32,000 nucleotides of DNA from Mycobacterium leprae TN (GCF_000195855.1 NC_002677.1:570001-602000); one strand, 5' to 3'. Positions 10,701 to 21,833 are shown, counted from the first letter of the stretch. Notes: generated from the letters alone by a model not told the origin. Numbers and translations: made by a program.

Positions 10701-11085
10701 ACCACTTGATGTCGTTGTGGGTAAACCACATTAATTATTAATTTGAGGCGTCCATCGTCGTCTTCGATGCTGAACCAGAGCAGCTGGTCGCAACTTTTCA
10801 GCAGATGCTCCTACCAGATCAAGGGGCTTTCACGATAGGTGACCGCTCCACGAAACTGGTTTAGTCCACGTTGCCGTAACTGAAGATGGTTCCAGGTCCG
10901 AACTGCCGAGACGCGAATTGCGGCATTGTGTTAACAAGAAAGCAGGTCTTGGCGCTAGCCTGTCGGTGCCGTTGTCCTGGGTCGCCGCAAAGCCATGACG
11001 AGAATAACGATGGATACAGTGAGCAGCACCGTAGCAAGGACAACCGGCAGTTCTCTCATACAGACCTTTTCGTGCCTGTACCTAA
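10700..11085 (-). pseudogene. DUF4178-like protein (Rv2597-like), degraded
   Basis: Minus strand reading FGPGTIFSYGNVDY-VVRG-(T)V-F-EG-LVWWEHLL...LLWFSIEDDDGRLK across frames between 10930 and 10730. Confidence 0.6.
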
Positions 11086-11220
11086 TAGAATTAAGATTTG
11101 TCGGTGGGCTCGGCAGCGTAACGGGCCGGCCGACAAGCCATGCTACCGCGTGTCCTACCAGATGCTGTCTAGACTGGCCTCTAGGCTATCGAACATTGTG
11201 CGCTGTTAGATGGGGAGTAT

Positions 11221-11790
11221 GTGATGCGCGTGATGGGCGTCGATCCCGGGTTGACGCGGTGCGGGTTGTCTGTCGTCGAAAATGGGCGCGGTAGCCAAGT
11301 TGTTGCGTTGGATGTCGATGTGGTGCGCACACCATCGGACGCACCGGTATCCAAGCGCTTGCTGGCTGTCAGCGATGTCGTCGAACACTGGCTGGACGCC
11401 CATCATCCGGATGTTATGGCCATCGAACGGGTTTTTTCTCAGCAGAATGTGTCGACGGTGATGGGTACGGCACAAGCCGGCGGTGTGATCGCGTTGGCCG
11501 CGGCGAGACGCGGTATCGACGTACATTTCCATACCCCAAGTGAGGTTAAGGCCGCAGTTACCGGCAATGGTGCCGCCAACAAAGCGCAAGTTACCGCGAT
11601 GGTGACCAGAATCCTTGCACTGCAAGCTAAACCGACACCGGCCGATGCGGCCGACGCGTTGGCCCTGGCGATCTGCCACTGCTGGAGAGCACCAATGATC
11701 GCGCGGATGGCAGAAGCCGAAGCGCTGGGCGCGCGGCACCGTCAGGCCTATCGGGCCAAGGTAGCTGGCGAGGTTAAGGCCACCCGGTGA
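11221..11790 (+). CDS. ruvC: Crossover junction endodeoxyribonuclease RuvC
   Basis: [19 protein letters not shown]; [22 protein letters not shown]; CDS runs directly into ruvA. Confidence 0.98.
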   Translation: MMRVMGVDPGLTRCGLSVVENGRGSQVVALDVDVVRTPSDAPVSKRLLAVSDVVEHWLDAHHPDVMAIERVFSQQNVSTVMGTAQAGGVIALAAARRGIDVHFHTPSEVKAAVTGNGAANKAQVTAMVTRILALQAKPTPADAADALALAICHCWRAPMIARMAEAEALGARHRQAYRAKVAGEVKATR

Positions 11791-12398
11791 TTTTCTCGGT
11801 ACGCGGCGAGGTACTCGAGGTGGCACTTGACCACGCCGTCATCGAAGCCGCCGGTATCGGCTATCGGGTAAACGCGACGCCGTCGGCGTTGGCGACGTTG
11901 CGGCAGGGCAGCCAGGCCCGACTGGTCACCGCAATGGTCGTGCGCGAGGACTCGATGACGTTGTACGGGTTTTCTGATGCCGAGAACCGTGACCTATTCC
12001 TAGCGCTGCTGTCAGTCTCGGGAGTTGGGCCTCGCCTTGCCATGGCGACATTGGCCGTGCACGACGCTGCGGCGCTTCGGCAGGCACTGGCCGATAGTGA
12101 TGTCGCCTCGCTGACCCGGGTGCCCGGTATCGGCAAGCGTGGTGCCGAACGGATAGTGCTGGAGTTACGCGACAAGGTTGGCCCGGTAGGGGCGTCTGGA
12201 TTGACTGTGGGTACTGCTGCTGACGGCAACGCGGTGCGAGGTTCTGTGGTCGAAGCCCTGGTAGGGCTGGGTTTTGCGGCCAAGCAGGCCGAGGAAGCGA
12301 CCGACCAGGTGCTCGACGGTGAACTTGGAAAAGATGGGGCGGTGGCAACGTCCAGCGCCTTGCGGGCTGCTCTGTCGTTGCTGGGCAAGACCCGATGA
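11787..12398 (+). CDS. ruvA: Holliday junction branch migration protein RuvA, 203 aa
   Basis: [31 protein letters not shown]; [17 protein letters not shown]; [18 protein letters not shown]; GTG start overlaps the ruvC stop. Confidence 0.98.
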   Translation: MIFSVRGEVLEVALDHAVIEAAGIGYRVNATPSALATLRQGSQARLVTAMVVREDSMTLYGFSDAENRDLFLALLSVSGVGPRLAMATLAVHDAAALRQALADSDVASLTRVPGIGKRGAERIVLELRDKVGPVGASGLTVGTAADGNAVRGSVVEALVGLGFAAKQAEEATDQVLDGELGKDGAVATSSALRAALSLLGKTR

Positions 12399-13444
12399 GC
12401 GAGGACTACTTGGATCGGGATGTTTCCCCGGCGCTGACCGTCGGCGAAGCCGACATCGATGTCAGCCTGCGGCCCCGCTCATTGCGGGAGTTCATCGGTC
12501 AGCCGCGGGTGCGTGAACAGCTCCAGCTGGTCATTGAAGGGGCCAAGAATCGTGGCGCCACACCGGATCACATTCTGCTGTCCGGTCCTCCGGGGTTAGG
12601 TAAGACGTCGCTGGCAATGATCATCGCTGCTGAACTCGGTTCCTCGTTGCGGATGACGTCCGGTCCTGCGCTGGAACGCGCAGGTGACCTGGCAGTGATG
12701 CTATCCAACCTGGTCGAGCACGACGTGTTGTTCATCGACGAAATCCACCGTATTGCCCGGCCTGCGGAGGAGATGCTGTACCTAGCGATGGAAGACTTTC
12801 GGGTCGACGTGATCGTCGGAAAAGGGCCTGGAGCGACATCGATTCCCTTAGAGGTCGCACCCTTTACTCTGGTCGGCGCTACCACACGGTCCGGCGCGCT
12901 GACCGGACCGTTACGTGACCGGTTCGGGTTCACCGCACACATGGATTTCTACGAGCCTACTGAGTTGGAGGGGGTGTTGGCTCGCGCGGCTGGGATTCTG
13001 GGCATCGAGTTGGGCGTCGAGGCAGGCGCGGAGATCGCTCGACGCTCGCGTGGGACGCCGCGGATCGCTAACCGGTTGCTGCGCCGGGTCCGTGACTTCG
13101 CCGAGGTCCGTGCTGATGGCGTCATCACCCGCGATGTCGCTAAGGCGGCTCTGGCGGTCTACGACGTCGACGAGCTGGGCCTGGACCGACTGGATCGGGC
13201 GGTATTGTCGGCGCTGACTCGCAGCTTTGGCGGCGGTCCGGTCGGGGTTTCGACGTTAGCGGTGGCGGTCGGGGAGGAGGCGACCACCGTAGAAGAGGTG
13301 TGTGAGCCGTTTCTGGTGCGTGCCGGCATGGTGGCACGGACCCCGCGCGGCCGGGTGGCTACTGCGCAGGCCTGGACGTACCTGTGCATGACACCGCCGG
13401 TCGGGGTCACCGGGTTGAGTCAGCCGGGGTTATTCGAGTCGTGA
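12395..13444 (+). CDS. ruvB: Holliday junction branch migration helicase RuvB, 349 aa
   Basis: [23 protein letters not shown]; [18 protein letters not shown]; FIDEIHRI; [18 protein letters not shown]; ATGA overlap with the ruvA stop. Confidence 0.99.
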   Translation: MSEDYLDRDVSPALTVGEADIDVSLRPRSLREFIGQPRVREQLQLVIEGAKNRGATPDHILLSGPPGLGKTSLAMIIAAELGSSLRMTSGPALERAGDLAVMLSNLVEHDVLFIDEIHRIARPAEEMLYLAMEDFRVDVIVGKGPGATSIPLEVAPFTLVGATTRSGALTGPLRDRFGFTAHMDFYEPTELEGVLARAAGILGIELGVEAGAEIARRSRGTPRIANRLLRRVRDFAEVRADGVITRDVAKAALAVYDVDELGLDRLDRAVLSALTRSFGGGPVGVSTLAVAVGEEATTVEEVCEPFLVRAGMVARTPRGRVATAQAWTYLCMTPPVGVTGLSQPGLFES

Positions 13445-13449
13445 GGAGC

Positions 13450-13960
13450 GGGATGATGATTGCCGCCGGTTTGATCTGCGTCGCCCTCGCCGGCGGTACT
13501 GCACGTCTACGTCTTCACCATGGAATCGTTGACGTGGACTTCTGCGCGCACCCAAGCCATGTTCGGCATGACTGTGTACGAAGCCTGAGACCATAACACT
13601 ACTTGCGCTCACCCAAGGGCTTCCAAAACTTACTTCTGTTATTTCTGGCTATTGTGAGTGGCATCGGCATTGCCGGGGCTGCGCTGGGACATGAAGCCGT
13701 TGGGCTGCCCTCCTTTTCGCCGGCGTCGGATCTATGGTTTTGGCCGCGGTCGTGCTGCTGGTTCTTGGCTTGCTGTCGTAACACCAGAGACACCTGTTGC
13801 AATCCGGTTGCTGAAATCCTCGGGCGCAAGCGTGCAGGCTGCATCCTGCAGCATCAGGGTACTCAGCTGGTGCTGGCGTCGTTTTGGCGCGTCTTACTGT
13901 ACGGTTGGTCCGCTACATTGCTCCGCAGCACCTGCCGCAGCGGGTGGTTTCGGTGCCGTT
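13450..13960 (+). pseudogene. DUF1304-like membrane protein, frameshifted
   Basis: Across frames: MIAAGLICVALAGG(...)HVYVFTMESLTWTSARTQAMFGMTVYEA, then GFQNLLLLFLAIVSGIGIAGAALGHEAVG, then degraded hydrophobic segments. Confidence 0.75.
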
Positions 13961-14380
13961 CGTCTCGGCCGCGTAGGAGTCAACGCTCGTGGCGTAGTTC
14001 ACCAGATGCGGCTACGCCACGGGCGTAGCCGCATCGACAGCGTGTGGGCGCGGCAGCCGGCGCATCTGATGCCAATTATGTGCGTTGGCCGCATCAGCAA
14101 TAACATTCGTGATCGACGTCGCGCTAGTGTCTAGAGAAGTCCGAGCAGCCGTCCTTGCCAGTGTCCGCCGCTGGCTTCGGTGTTGCTCGATGCTAACCAA
14201 AGGGTCTGCTTGGCGTCGCCCTAGGCGCTGATGGTGTTTAGGAGCCACTACCTCCTTGGCCTTCGCCGCCACGGTACTAAGTACCCGGAGTGCCCTTGAC
14301 AAGAGTCTCTCGGCTGCCTCAACCTGGGCAGGCTGAAACGTCCAAAACGGTACTCAGGCTGGCGATCGACCCGCCTGTCT

Positions 14381-17300
14381 TCAAACCAGCCCGAGCAGCT
14401 GCAGATCGCTGACATATTTGGCGATGATTGCCGGCGAGATATGCGGAATATCTTTGTCCTGACCAATGTTCGCGTTTTGAACGGCCGTACGGAACCGGAT
14501 TGTGGGTGCCAGCGACCCGTGCAATGGCTTCTCCGGCTTCTGGTAGTTGTGCAACAACGGCAACAGTGAGCTGTGACGCTGCCTTTCGGGCAGGGCGCGC
14601 AGCGAAATCTCAAACCGTCGCAGCCATTCGTCGTAGTCGTTGATGCGTTGTATAGGGCAGCCGGCATCAATTAACCAGTCCACAAACTCGTCCATACCGA
14701 TGCCGTCGTCGTGCGGGTTCATTACATGATAGGTCGTGAACCCGTCTCGATCGTGCAGGCTTTGGTCTCCCAGGGTGGAGATCGCTTCGGCGATGAACTC
14801 GACGGGCAGACCGTCGTAGTGGGCGCGTTGCCGATTGCTCTCGGCGTCTAGCTCGTAGAACGAGCCGGGTGCGATGCCGGTGGCGGCTAGACTCAGCATC
14901 ATTCGAGTAAACATGTCGGGGACGTTGAGCTGACCGGCATAGCTGGTGTCGGCCAAGATCATGTCGCAGCGGAAGACCGTGACCGGCAGACCGCATAGGT
15001 CGTGAGCTTCGCGCAGCAGCACTTCGCCGGCCCACTTGCTGTTGCCGTAGCCGTTGGCATAGTTGTTGTTGATGTTGCGCGTCGGGCTAATGACTCGGAT
15101 GTCGGAGTCTTCGGTGAATTTTGCTGGCTCAATCTGATTACCGACGCCGATTGTCGACACATAGATGTACGGCTTTTGCTTACTGGTCAGCGCGATCCGA
15201 ATCAGCTCGGCGGTGCCTAACGTATTGGGGCCGAATAGCTCGCTGTACGGCAGCACGTGGTTGACCAGGGCGGCGGGGTCGACGATCAGATCGACCGTGT
15301 CGGCCAGTCGTCGCCACGTTTGCCGGTCCAATTCCAGATCTACTTCGCCTTTGTCGCCGGCGATGACCTCCAGGTGGTCGGTTGCCAGTTCCTGGTAGTG
15401 CGCCAGCAGTTTGGGGTCTCCGCTATCGAAGGTCTTGTCGAGCCGGGCCCGAGCGTCCTCGTTGGACTTGGCTCTTACCAGAGCGATTACCTTCCCTTCG
15501 ACCAGGTCCATCCGTTCGAGCCATTTCAGGGCCAAGTAGCGCCCCAGGAAGCCGGTAGCGCCGGTCAACAGGACGGTGCGCACCTCGGTGCCGGGTTGCG
15601 CCAATACGGGCGCGGCAGTCAGCGTTGATACATCGATGAATTTGTCTAGAGTGAGGTCACTGGCATGCACTTTGCCAGCGTCACGACCGTGTATGGCAAT
15701 GAAAGTGGGCCGCTTCGTGCCCTGCCGCTCGCGCTCGATGTAGTCGGCGATCGCCACCAAGTTGTTGACAGGGCTGACAATGACGCCCACCGGCACATCG
15801 ATGTCGAAGAGTTCGCGTAGCAGGCTACCGAATGTCAGCGCGGACAACGAGTCTCCTCCTAAGTCGGTGAAGTGCGCATTCGACGGCAAATCGGTGGTCG
15901 CCACTCCCAGAATGGTGCCCACGGCTCGGCTCACCGTCTGCAGTACCGGAGCGTTCGCCACGCTTTGTTTTAGCACGTGCAGTGCATTTGCCTGACCTTC
16001 AACCAGATCGGCGTAGAGCTGTTCGAGTCGCGCGCCGTAGTGCTGCTTGAGCTTCGGCCACGCCAGCTTGCGAATACCGGTGAGCAGGCCATTCTCCAGG
16101 CTGAACGGTGTAGTCTCGACGATTAAGTCGCGCGGCACCTCGTAGGACTGCAGGTCGGCTTCTTTCGCTACTTTCTGTAAAGAATCGATAATCAGCGGTT
16201 TGAGCACCTCAATGTCATTGGTAGCCAACGCATCCTCGGTCGGCACCACAACAGCCAACAGGTAGGGGTGTGCGCTGTTGCCATAGATGTAGATCTGCCG
16301 GACCAGTGGGCTATTGCTGAACGCTGCCTCGAGTTTCGCGACGGTGACGAACTGGCCCTGCGCGAGTTTCAGCACGTTGTTGCGGCGATCGACGTACACG
16401 AGCCGGTCGGGACCGACTTCGGCGACAATGTCTCCGGTCTGGTAGTAACCGTCGCTGTCGAACACGGTGGCGGTAACCTCAGGACGCTTGTAGTAGCCGG
16501 GGAACATGTTCTGGGTCTTGAGCAGCAATTCACCTCTCGGATAAGGCTGGTCGGTGCTGAAGTAGCCCAAATCCGGAACGTCGACCAGCTTGTAATCGAT
16601 AACCGGCGGACGTTGCACTTCGCCGTCAAACAAGACCATGCCGGCTTCGGTGGAGCCGTAGCCTTCCAACAGATGCATTTCGAGTAGGGACTCGACCCCG
16701 TGTTTCAACTCCGGGGAGGTTGGCGCCGAGCCCGTCATAGCCGCGATGTACCGTCCTCCCAGCAGGGATTGCCGCTGTTCATCCATAACTTCGGCTTTGA
16801 TGGCTGCACGGTCGGCGGAGCCGCTGTTGGCTAACCGACGGTCAACTGCGCGTTTGGATTCATCGTAGAGGGTTTCCCAGATGCGCGGTACAAAGTTCAA
16901 CTCGGTCGGCCGCACCAGCTTGAGATCCTCCAGCAGCGTCGAGAGGTCGCTGCGGGCGGCGAAGTAAGCCGTGCCGCCGTTACCGAGCGTGCCGTAGAGG
17001 ATTCCGCGGCCCATGACGTGGCTCATCGGCATGAAGTTAAGAGTGATTGACGCGGCGGTTGGCCCGAACCAGTTTCCGTCTGACCGGCGCCACATCTTGC
17101 CGACATTGCTTTGCAGATACATCGCGCCCTTGGGTGCGCCGGTGCTGCCAGATGTGTAGATCAGCAACGCCAACGGGTCAGCAGAGTCATCGGCCACGGG
17201 GATCGGCGTAGCTGGCAGCGTCTTGCCGCGACCGAGGACCTCGGTCAGGCTCTCGACCACCACGCTACTGTCCGCCAACCGCGCCCGGGCGGTTGCCACT

Positions 17301-17905
17301 GCGTCATGCTGCTCGTCGACCTCGGGGTGGTAGTCAAACACAACGAGCTTCGCTGGCGCCTGGCCAGACAGGATCAGCTCGACAGTATCGGGCAGCTGGT
17401 TTACGCTCGTCGCGATCATACTGGGTTCGGTCTCGGTCACGATCGACTGCAGCTGGGTGATCGCCGCACTGGTCTGCAGTGGAACCGCCACAGCACCAAT
17501 CACGCCGAGCGCCATGTCGATGATGGCGTAATCGACACTGTTGAAACCTAGCACGCAGACCCGGTAGCCGGCGTGCAGTAGGTCGTGCCTCCAGGCGCGC
17601 GCCAGCGCTCCGACACGGTCGCCCAACTGGCGGTAGGTGATGGTCTCAAAGCTGGGGAGCAGCTCCATCGAGGTGCGTCCGGTCTTAGGGTCTTTGGTGA
17701 ACTCGGCGACGCGCTGGCCCAGTGCCGGCCGCTCCGCGTAACCGTCCAGCGCGGTCTGGATGATTTGGGGCAGTCGAAGCCCGGGCTGGGCAAGGGCGGC
17801 GGCTACCGCCGGGTCGGGTTTGGCGGCGGCGAACTGCGGGTCGTTGGCGGTGAGGTCGTCAACGCGGCGTGCGAGCTGCTTTTCCTGCTTAGTGATAGTC
17901 GACAT
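14381..17905 (-). CDS. fadD9: Carboxylic acid reductase / acyl-CoA synthetase-like multidomain enzyme (adenylation, carrier, NADPH reductase), ~1174 aa
   Basis: Adenylation core LLIYTSGSTGAPKGAMY; carrier motif FTDLGGDSLSALTF; thioester-reductase Rossmann motif VLLTGATGFLGRYLALKWLERM; ATG 17905 preceded by AAGGA. The 17947 start in the track is probably over-extended. Confidence 0.95.
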   Translation of the reverse strand: MSTITKQEKQLARRVDDLTANDPQFAAAKPDPAVAAALAQPGLRLPQIIQTALDGYAERPALGQRVAEFTKDPKTGRTSMELLPSFETITYRQLGDRVGALARAWRHDLLHAGYRVCVLGFNSVDYAIIDMALGVIGAVAVPLQTSAAITQLQSIVTETEPSMIATSVNQLPDTVELILSGQAPAKLVVFDYHPEVDEQHDAVATARARLADSSVVVESLTEVLGRGKTLPATPIPVADDSADPLALLIYTSGSTGAPKGAMYLQSNVGKMWRRSDGNWFGPTAASITLNFMPMSHVMGRGILYGTLGNGGTAYFAARSDLSTLLEDLKLVRPTELNFVPRIWETLYDESKRAVDRRLANSGSADRAAIKAEVMDEQRQSLLGGRYIAAMTGSAPTSPELKHGVESLLEMHLLEGYGSTEAGMVLFDGEVQRPPVIDYKLVDVPDLGYFSTDQPYPRGELLLKTQNMFPGYYKRPEVTATVFDSDGYYQTGDIVAEVGPDRLVYVDRRNNVLKLAQGQFVTVAKLEAAFSNSPLVRQIYIYGNSAHPYLLAVVVPTEDALATNDIEVLKPLIIDSLQKVAKEADLQSYEVPRDLIVETTPFSLENGLLTGIRKLAWPKLKQHYGARLEQLYADLVEGQANALHVLKQSVANAPVLQTVSRAVGTILGVATTDLPSNAHFTDLGGDSLSALTFGSLLRELFDIDVPVGVIVSPVNNLVAIADYIERERQGTKRPTFIAIHGRDAGKVHASDLTLDKFIDVSTLTAAPVLAQPGTEVRTVLLTGATGFLGRYLALKWLERMDLVEGKVIALVRAKSNEDARARLDKTFDSGDPKLLAHYQELATDHLEVIAGDKGEVDLELDRQTWRRLADTVDLIVDPAALVNHVLPYSELFGPNTLGTAELIRIALTSKQKPYIYVSTIGVGNQIEPAKFTEDSDIRVISPTRNINNNYANGYGNSKWAGEVLLREAHDLCGLPVTVFRCDMILADTSYAGQLNVPDMFTRMMLSLAATGIAPGSFYELDAESNRQRAHYDGLPVEFIAEAISTLGDQSLHDRDGFTTYHVMNPHDDGIGMDEFVDWLIDAGCPIQRINDYDEWLRRFEISLRALPERQRHSSLLPLLHNYQKPEKPLHGSLAPTIRFRTAVQNANIGQDKDIPHISPAIIAKYVSDLQLLGLV

Positions 17906-18042
17906 AACAGATTCCTTGCGATGAGAAATAGACTGTTGGCGCCACACGGCACAGACAATTAGAAAATTAGCTGTGCTAAAATATTCCTCAGTGGCTGGGT
18001 TACAGATGTGAGATCGTCCACTTCAGGGGTTCTTGGTCTAGT

Positions 18043-19383
18043 CTAGAAGTCACCCAGGATCCGGCTTAGGATGTCAAGGCCTTCGGCCAACAGTTCGTCG
18101 CTTATGGTCAGAGGCGGCAGCAGTCGGATGATGTTGCCGAACATGCCACACGTCAAGATGATGACGCCGGTAGCGTGTGCTGCGGTGGCTACTTTTTCGG
18201 TCAGCTCGGGGTCGGGCTCAGCCGTGCCGGATTTTACCAATTCGACGGCGATCATGGCACCCCGGCCACGTACGTCACCTATCCGATCGTCGGCGTCCTG
18301 AAGTCGCAACAACCGGTCGGTGATCAGCCGTTCGATCTGTTGGGCTCGCTGGATCAGGCCGTCGTTCTCGATGGTCGTGATGGTTGCCAAAGCCGCCGCG
18401 CAGGCGACCGGGTTGCCGCCGAAAGTGCCACCGAGGCCGCTGACGTGCGGGGCGTTCATGATCTCAGCCCGTCCGGTTACCGCCGCCAGCGGCAATCCGT
18501 CGGCGATGCCCTTGGCGGTGCAGATCAGGTCGGGCACGATTCCATCGTGCTCGCAGGCGAACATGGCGCCGGTACGCGCAAACCCCGTTTGCACCTCATC
18601 GGCGATGAACATCACGTTGTTCTTGCGGCACCAATCCAGCAAAGTAGCTAAAAACCCTTCGGCCGGGACGATGAAACCGCCTTCGCCCTGGATCGGCTCA
18701 ATGATCACGGCAGCCAGGTCATCGGCGCCAACCTGCTTCTCAATGACGTTGATGGCCCGTGCGCCGGCCAACTTGCCGTCGGTGGCTAGGTCTTTGTTGA
18801 GCAGGCCGTCCCGATAGGGGTAGGACAGCGGCGCCCGGTAGATCTCCGGCGCAAAAGGACCAAAGCCGCTTTTGTACGGCATGGACTTGGCGGTCAGTGC
18901 CATTGTCAGGTTGGTGCGACCGTGGTAGGCGTGGTCGAACGCGACCACTGCGGGCTTGCGGGTGTACGAACGTGCGACCTTGATAGAATTCTCCACTGCC
19001 TCGGCGCCGGAATTGAACAGCACCGAGCGTTTCTCGCCGGATCCTGGGGTAATTCGATTGAGTTGCTCGGTGACGGCGACGTACTCCTCGTAAGGTGTGA
19101 TTATGAAACAGGTGTGGGTAAAGTCGGCCACCTGGGCGCGCACCGCGTCCACAACGCGAGGCGACGAGTTGCCGATTGTGGTGACGGCGATTCCAGAACC
19201 CAGGTCGATAAGCCGGTTCCCGTCGACGTCCTCGATAACGCCGCCGGCGGCGCGCGTTACAAACACTGGCAGGGTGACTCCCACCCCACGAGGCACCGCC
19301 GCGTTGAGGCGTTTGGCTAGTTCAAGTGACACGGGGCCGGGGATTTCAGTGACCAGCTGACGGCTCTGCTCGACGCTGGTCAC
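18043..19383 (-). CDS. gabT: 4-aminobutyrate aminotransferase, 446 aa from GTG start
   Basis: VTSVEQSRQLVTEIPGPVSLELAKRL; GIAVTTIGNSSPRVVDAV; VAFDHAYHGRTNLTMALT; MFIADEVQTGFARTG; class-III aminotransferase features. Confidence 0.95.
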   Translation of the reverse strand: MTSVEQSRQLVTEIPGPVSLELAKRLNAAVPRGVGVTLPVFVTRAAGGVIEDVDGNRLIDLGSGIAVTTIGNSSPRVVDAVRAQVADFTHTCFIITPYEEYVAVTEQLNRITPGSGEKRSVLFNSGAEAVENSIKVARSYTRKPAVVAFDHAYHGRTNLTMALTAKSMPYKSGFGPFAPEIYRAPLSYPYRDGLLNKDLATDGKLAGARAINVIEKQVGADDLAAVIIEPIQGEGGFIVPAEGFLATLLDWCRKNNVMFIADEVQTGFARTGAMFACEHDGIVPDLICTAKGIADGLPLAAVTGRAEIMNAPHVSGLGGTFGGNPVACAAALATITTIENDGLIQRAQQIERLITDRLLRLQDADDRIGDVRGRGAMIAVELVKSGTAEPDPELTEKVATAAHATGVIILTCGMFGNIIRLLPPLTISDELLAEGLDILSRILGDF

Positions 19384-19651
19384 GTGGATCCTCCTGACTA
19401 CGACACGCCGGTTGTATCGCAGATAAAGCATAGCCTTTATCGGGGTTCTCACACCGGGCGAGTGTGGCTAGGCCACGTCTCTGGGCGACAGTGTGCGCAC
19501 TGTGCCGGGTTGGGTGCGACTTGGGACCTGCCAGAGTAGATGAGCACAAACTGAACGGTTATTTTGGTGCGCGTCCGCCGGTCAGCTGGCCAGCGTTGCG
19601 CCCAGTACCAAATAAAAAATACATACAAAATACAGGTGGGTTGATGGGTCG

Positions 19652-19996
19652 ATGGAGAGTTTGGTTTTACTCTTACTGTTCCTGCTCATCATGGGTGGGT
19701 TCATGTTTTTCGCGTCGCGGCGTCAAAGACGCTCGATGCAAGCCACGATCGACCTGTACAACTCGCTACAGCCAGGCGACCGAGTGAATACCACCTCCGG
19801 CCTGCAGGCCACCATCATTGTCGTCGGGGACGATACCGTCGATCTTGAGATTGCGCCAGGCGTCGTAACTACTTGGATGAAGCTGGCGATTCGTGATCGG
19901 ATTCTCCCGGACGATGCGTATATGGACGAACACGAGGCCGAACCGGGGGATTTCGTGTACTGCGATGAGCTAGAAGAGTCCGACGGCTCCAGCTAA
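19652..19996 (+). CDS. yajC: Sec translocon accessory subunit YajC, 114 aa
   Basis: MESLVLLLLFLLIMGGFMFFASRRQRRSMQ...LQPGDRVNTTSGLQATIIVV; immediately upstream of secD. Confidence 0.95.
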   Translation: MESLVLLLLFLLIMGGFMFFASRRQRRSMQATIDLYNSLQPGDRVNTTSGLQATIIVVGDDTVDLEIAPGVVTTWMKLAIRDRILPDDAYMDEHEAEPGDFVYCDELEESDGSS

Positions 19997-20113
19997 CGTC
20001 GAGGAACGAGTGATGAGGGATTCCTGACGGCGCTTGTGTCTTGTGTGAAGGGCCTAGTGATGCGACACGTAGGCTCTGTCGGGAAAAACCGATTTCGAGG
20101 AGATACAAGGAAC

Positions 20114-21829
20114 GTGGCATCGTCTTCGGCGCCAGTGCATTTTGGCCGCTACCTGTCGATGTTTCTGGTGTTATTCATCGGGGTCTATCTGTTAGCGTTT
20201 CTCACCGGAGACAAGCGGGTCGTTCCCAGGCTCGGCATAGACCTCCAAGGCGGCACCCGCGTAACGTTGACCGCGCGCACGCCCGACGGCTCGCGCCCCA
20301 GCCGGGAGGCGTTGTCACAGGCGCAGCAGATCATCAGCTCCCGGGTTAACGGGCTCGGAGTATCGGGTTCGGAAGTGGTCGTCGATGGCGACAACCTGGT
20401 CATCACTGTGCCCGGCAACGACGGCAACGAGGCCCGCAACCTGGGCCAGACTGCGCGTCTGTACATCCGGCCGGTGCTTAACTCGCTACCCGTGCAACGT
20501 GGTCAAGACCCCAAGCCGGGTTCCCCTGCCGGCACGTTGCCCAATTTCGCGCCGATGCCGCCCGACCACCCAGGCGCGCAACCACGCCCCTACCTGCAAG
20601 ATCCGACGTCATCACCTAGCTCAGATCCGATGCCAAGTCCAGTGCCAACCGGAGCGGCACTACCGGGTGAGGTTCCCTCGGTTGAGCAGCCCGCGCCACC
20701 GGATCCGCGTAAGGATCTAGCTGAACGCATTGCCGAGGAGAAGAAGTGGCGGCAAAGCACCAAACAGAGTATTCAGTTCCTCGCATTGCAGTTCGAATCC
20801 ACCCACTGCGACAAAGACGACATTCTGGCCGGCAATGACGACCCGAATCTGCCTCTGGCGACCTGCTCGACCGACCATAATATGGCGTATTTGTTAGCGC
20901 CATCGATCATCAGCGGCGACCAGATCCAAAACTCCACGTCCGGCATGAACCAGCGTGGGGTCGGCTACGTCGTCGATCTGCAGTTCAAGTCTGCGGCCGC
21001 AGATGTCTGGGCTGACTTCACCGCCGCCCACATCGGTACTCAGACCGCTTTCACCCTGGACTCCGAGGTGGTCAGCGTCCCGGTAATCAACGAGGCAATT
21101 TTGGGCGGGCGTACCCAGATCAGTGGTGGAGATCCGCCGTTCACCGCCGCAACCGCGCGCCAGCTGGCCAACGTTTTGAAATACGGATCGCTGCCGCTAT
21201 CTTTCGAGCCGTCGGAAGCTCAAACAGTTTCGGCGACTTTGGGGTTGACATCGTTACGGGCGGGTCTGATCGCAGGTGCGATCGGCCTGAGCCTAGTGTT
21301 GCTGTACTCGTTGCTATATTACCGGGTACTTGGATTGCTCACCGCGTTTTCGCTTTTCTGTTCCGGCACAATAATTTTTGCGATCTTGGTGCTCTTGGGT
21401 CGATATATCAATTATACTTTGGACCTTGCGGGTATCGCGGGTCTGATCATCGGTATCGGCACCACTGCCGACTCCTTCGTGGTGTTTTTCGAGCGGATCA
21501 AAGATGAGATCCGCGAAGGCCGTTCGTTCCGGTCGGCTGTTCCTCGTGGCTGGGTGCGTGCCCGCAAGACGATCGTGTCCGGCAACGCTGTCACCTTCCT
21601 GGCGGCTGCTGTGCTGCACTTCCTGGCGATTGGCCAAGTAAAGGGATTTGCTTTCACCCTCGGCCTTACCACGATCCTGGACCTGGTGGTGGTGTTCCTG
21701 GTGACCTGGCCGCTGGTGTACTTGGCTTCCAAGTCTCCGTTGCTGGCAAGGCCGGCATACAACGGCTTGGGCGCCGTTCAACAGGTTGCCCGCGAACGAC
21801 GGGCTTCCGCCAAGACAGGACGGGGGTAG
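20114..21829 (+). CDS. secD: Protein translocase subunit SecD, 571 aa from GTG start
   Basis: [14 protein letters not shown]; [17 protein letters not shown]; [36 protein letters not shown]. Confidence 0.97.
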
Positions 21830-21833
21830 CGCG

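Noticed and set aside
11206-11826. Long minus-strand ORF (206 aa) opposite ruvC
   Set aside because: Antisense shadow of the high-GC ruvC coding sequence; composition is Arg/His-rich without motifs. The same applies to minus ORFs 11861..12388, 11926..12348, 12568..12942 and 13159..13410.
15257-17551. Plus-strand ORFs (15257..15628, 16268..16687, 17111..17551) opposite fadD9
   Set aside because: Antisense shadows of the intact 1174-aa reductase; no recognisable domains.
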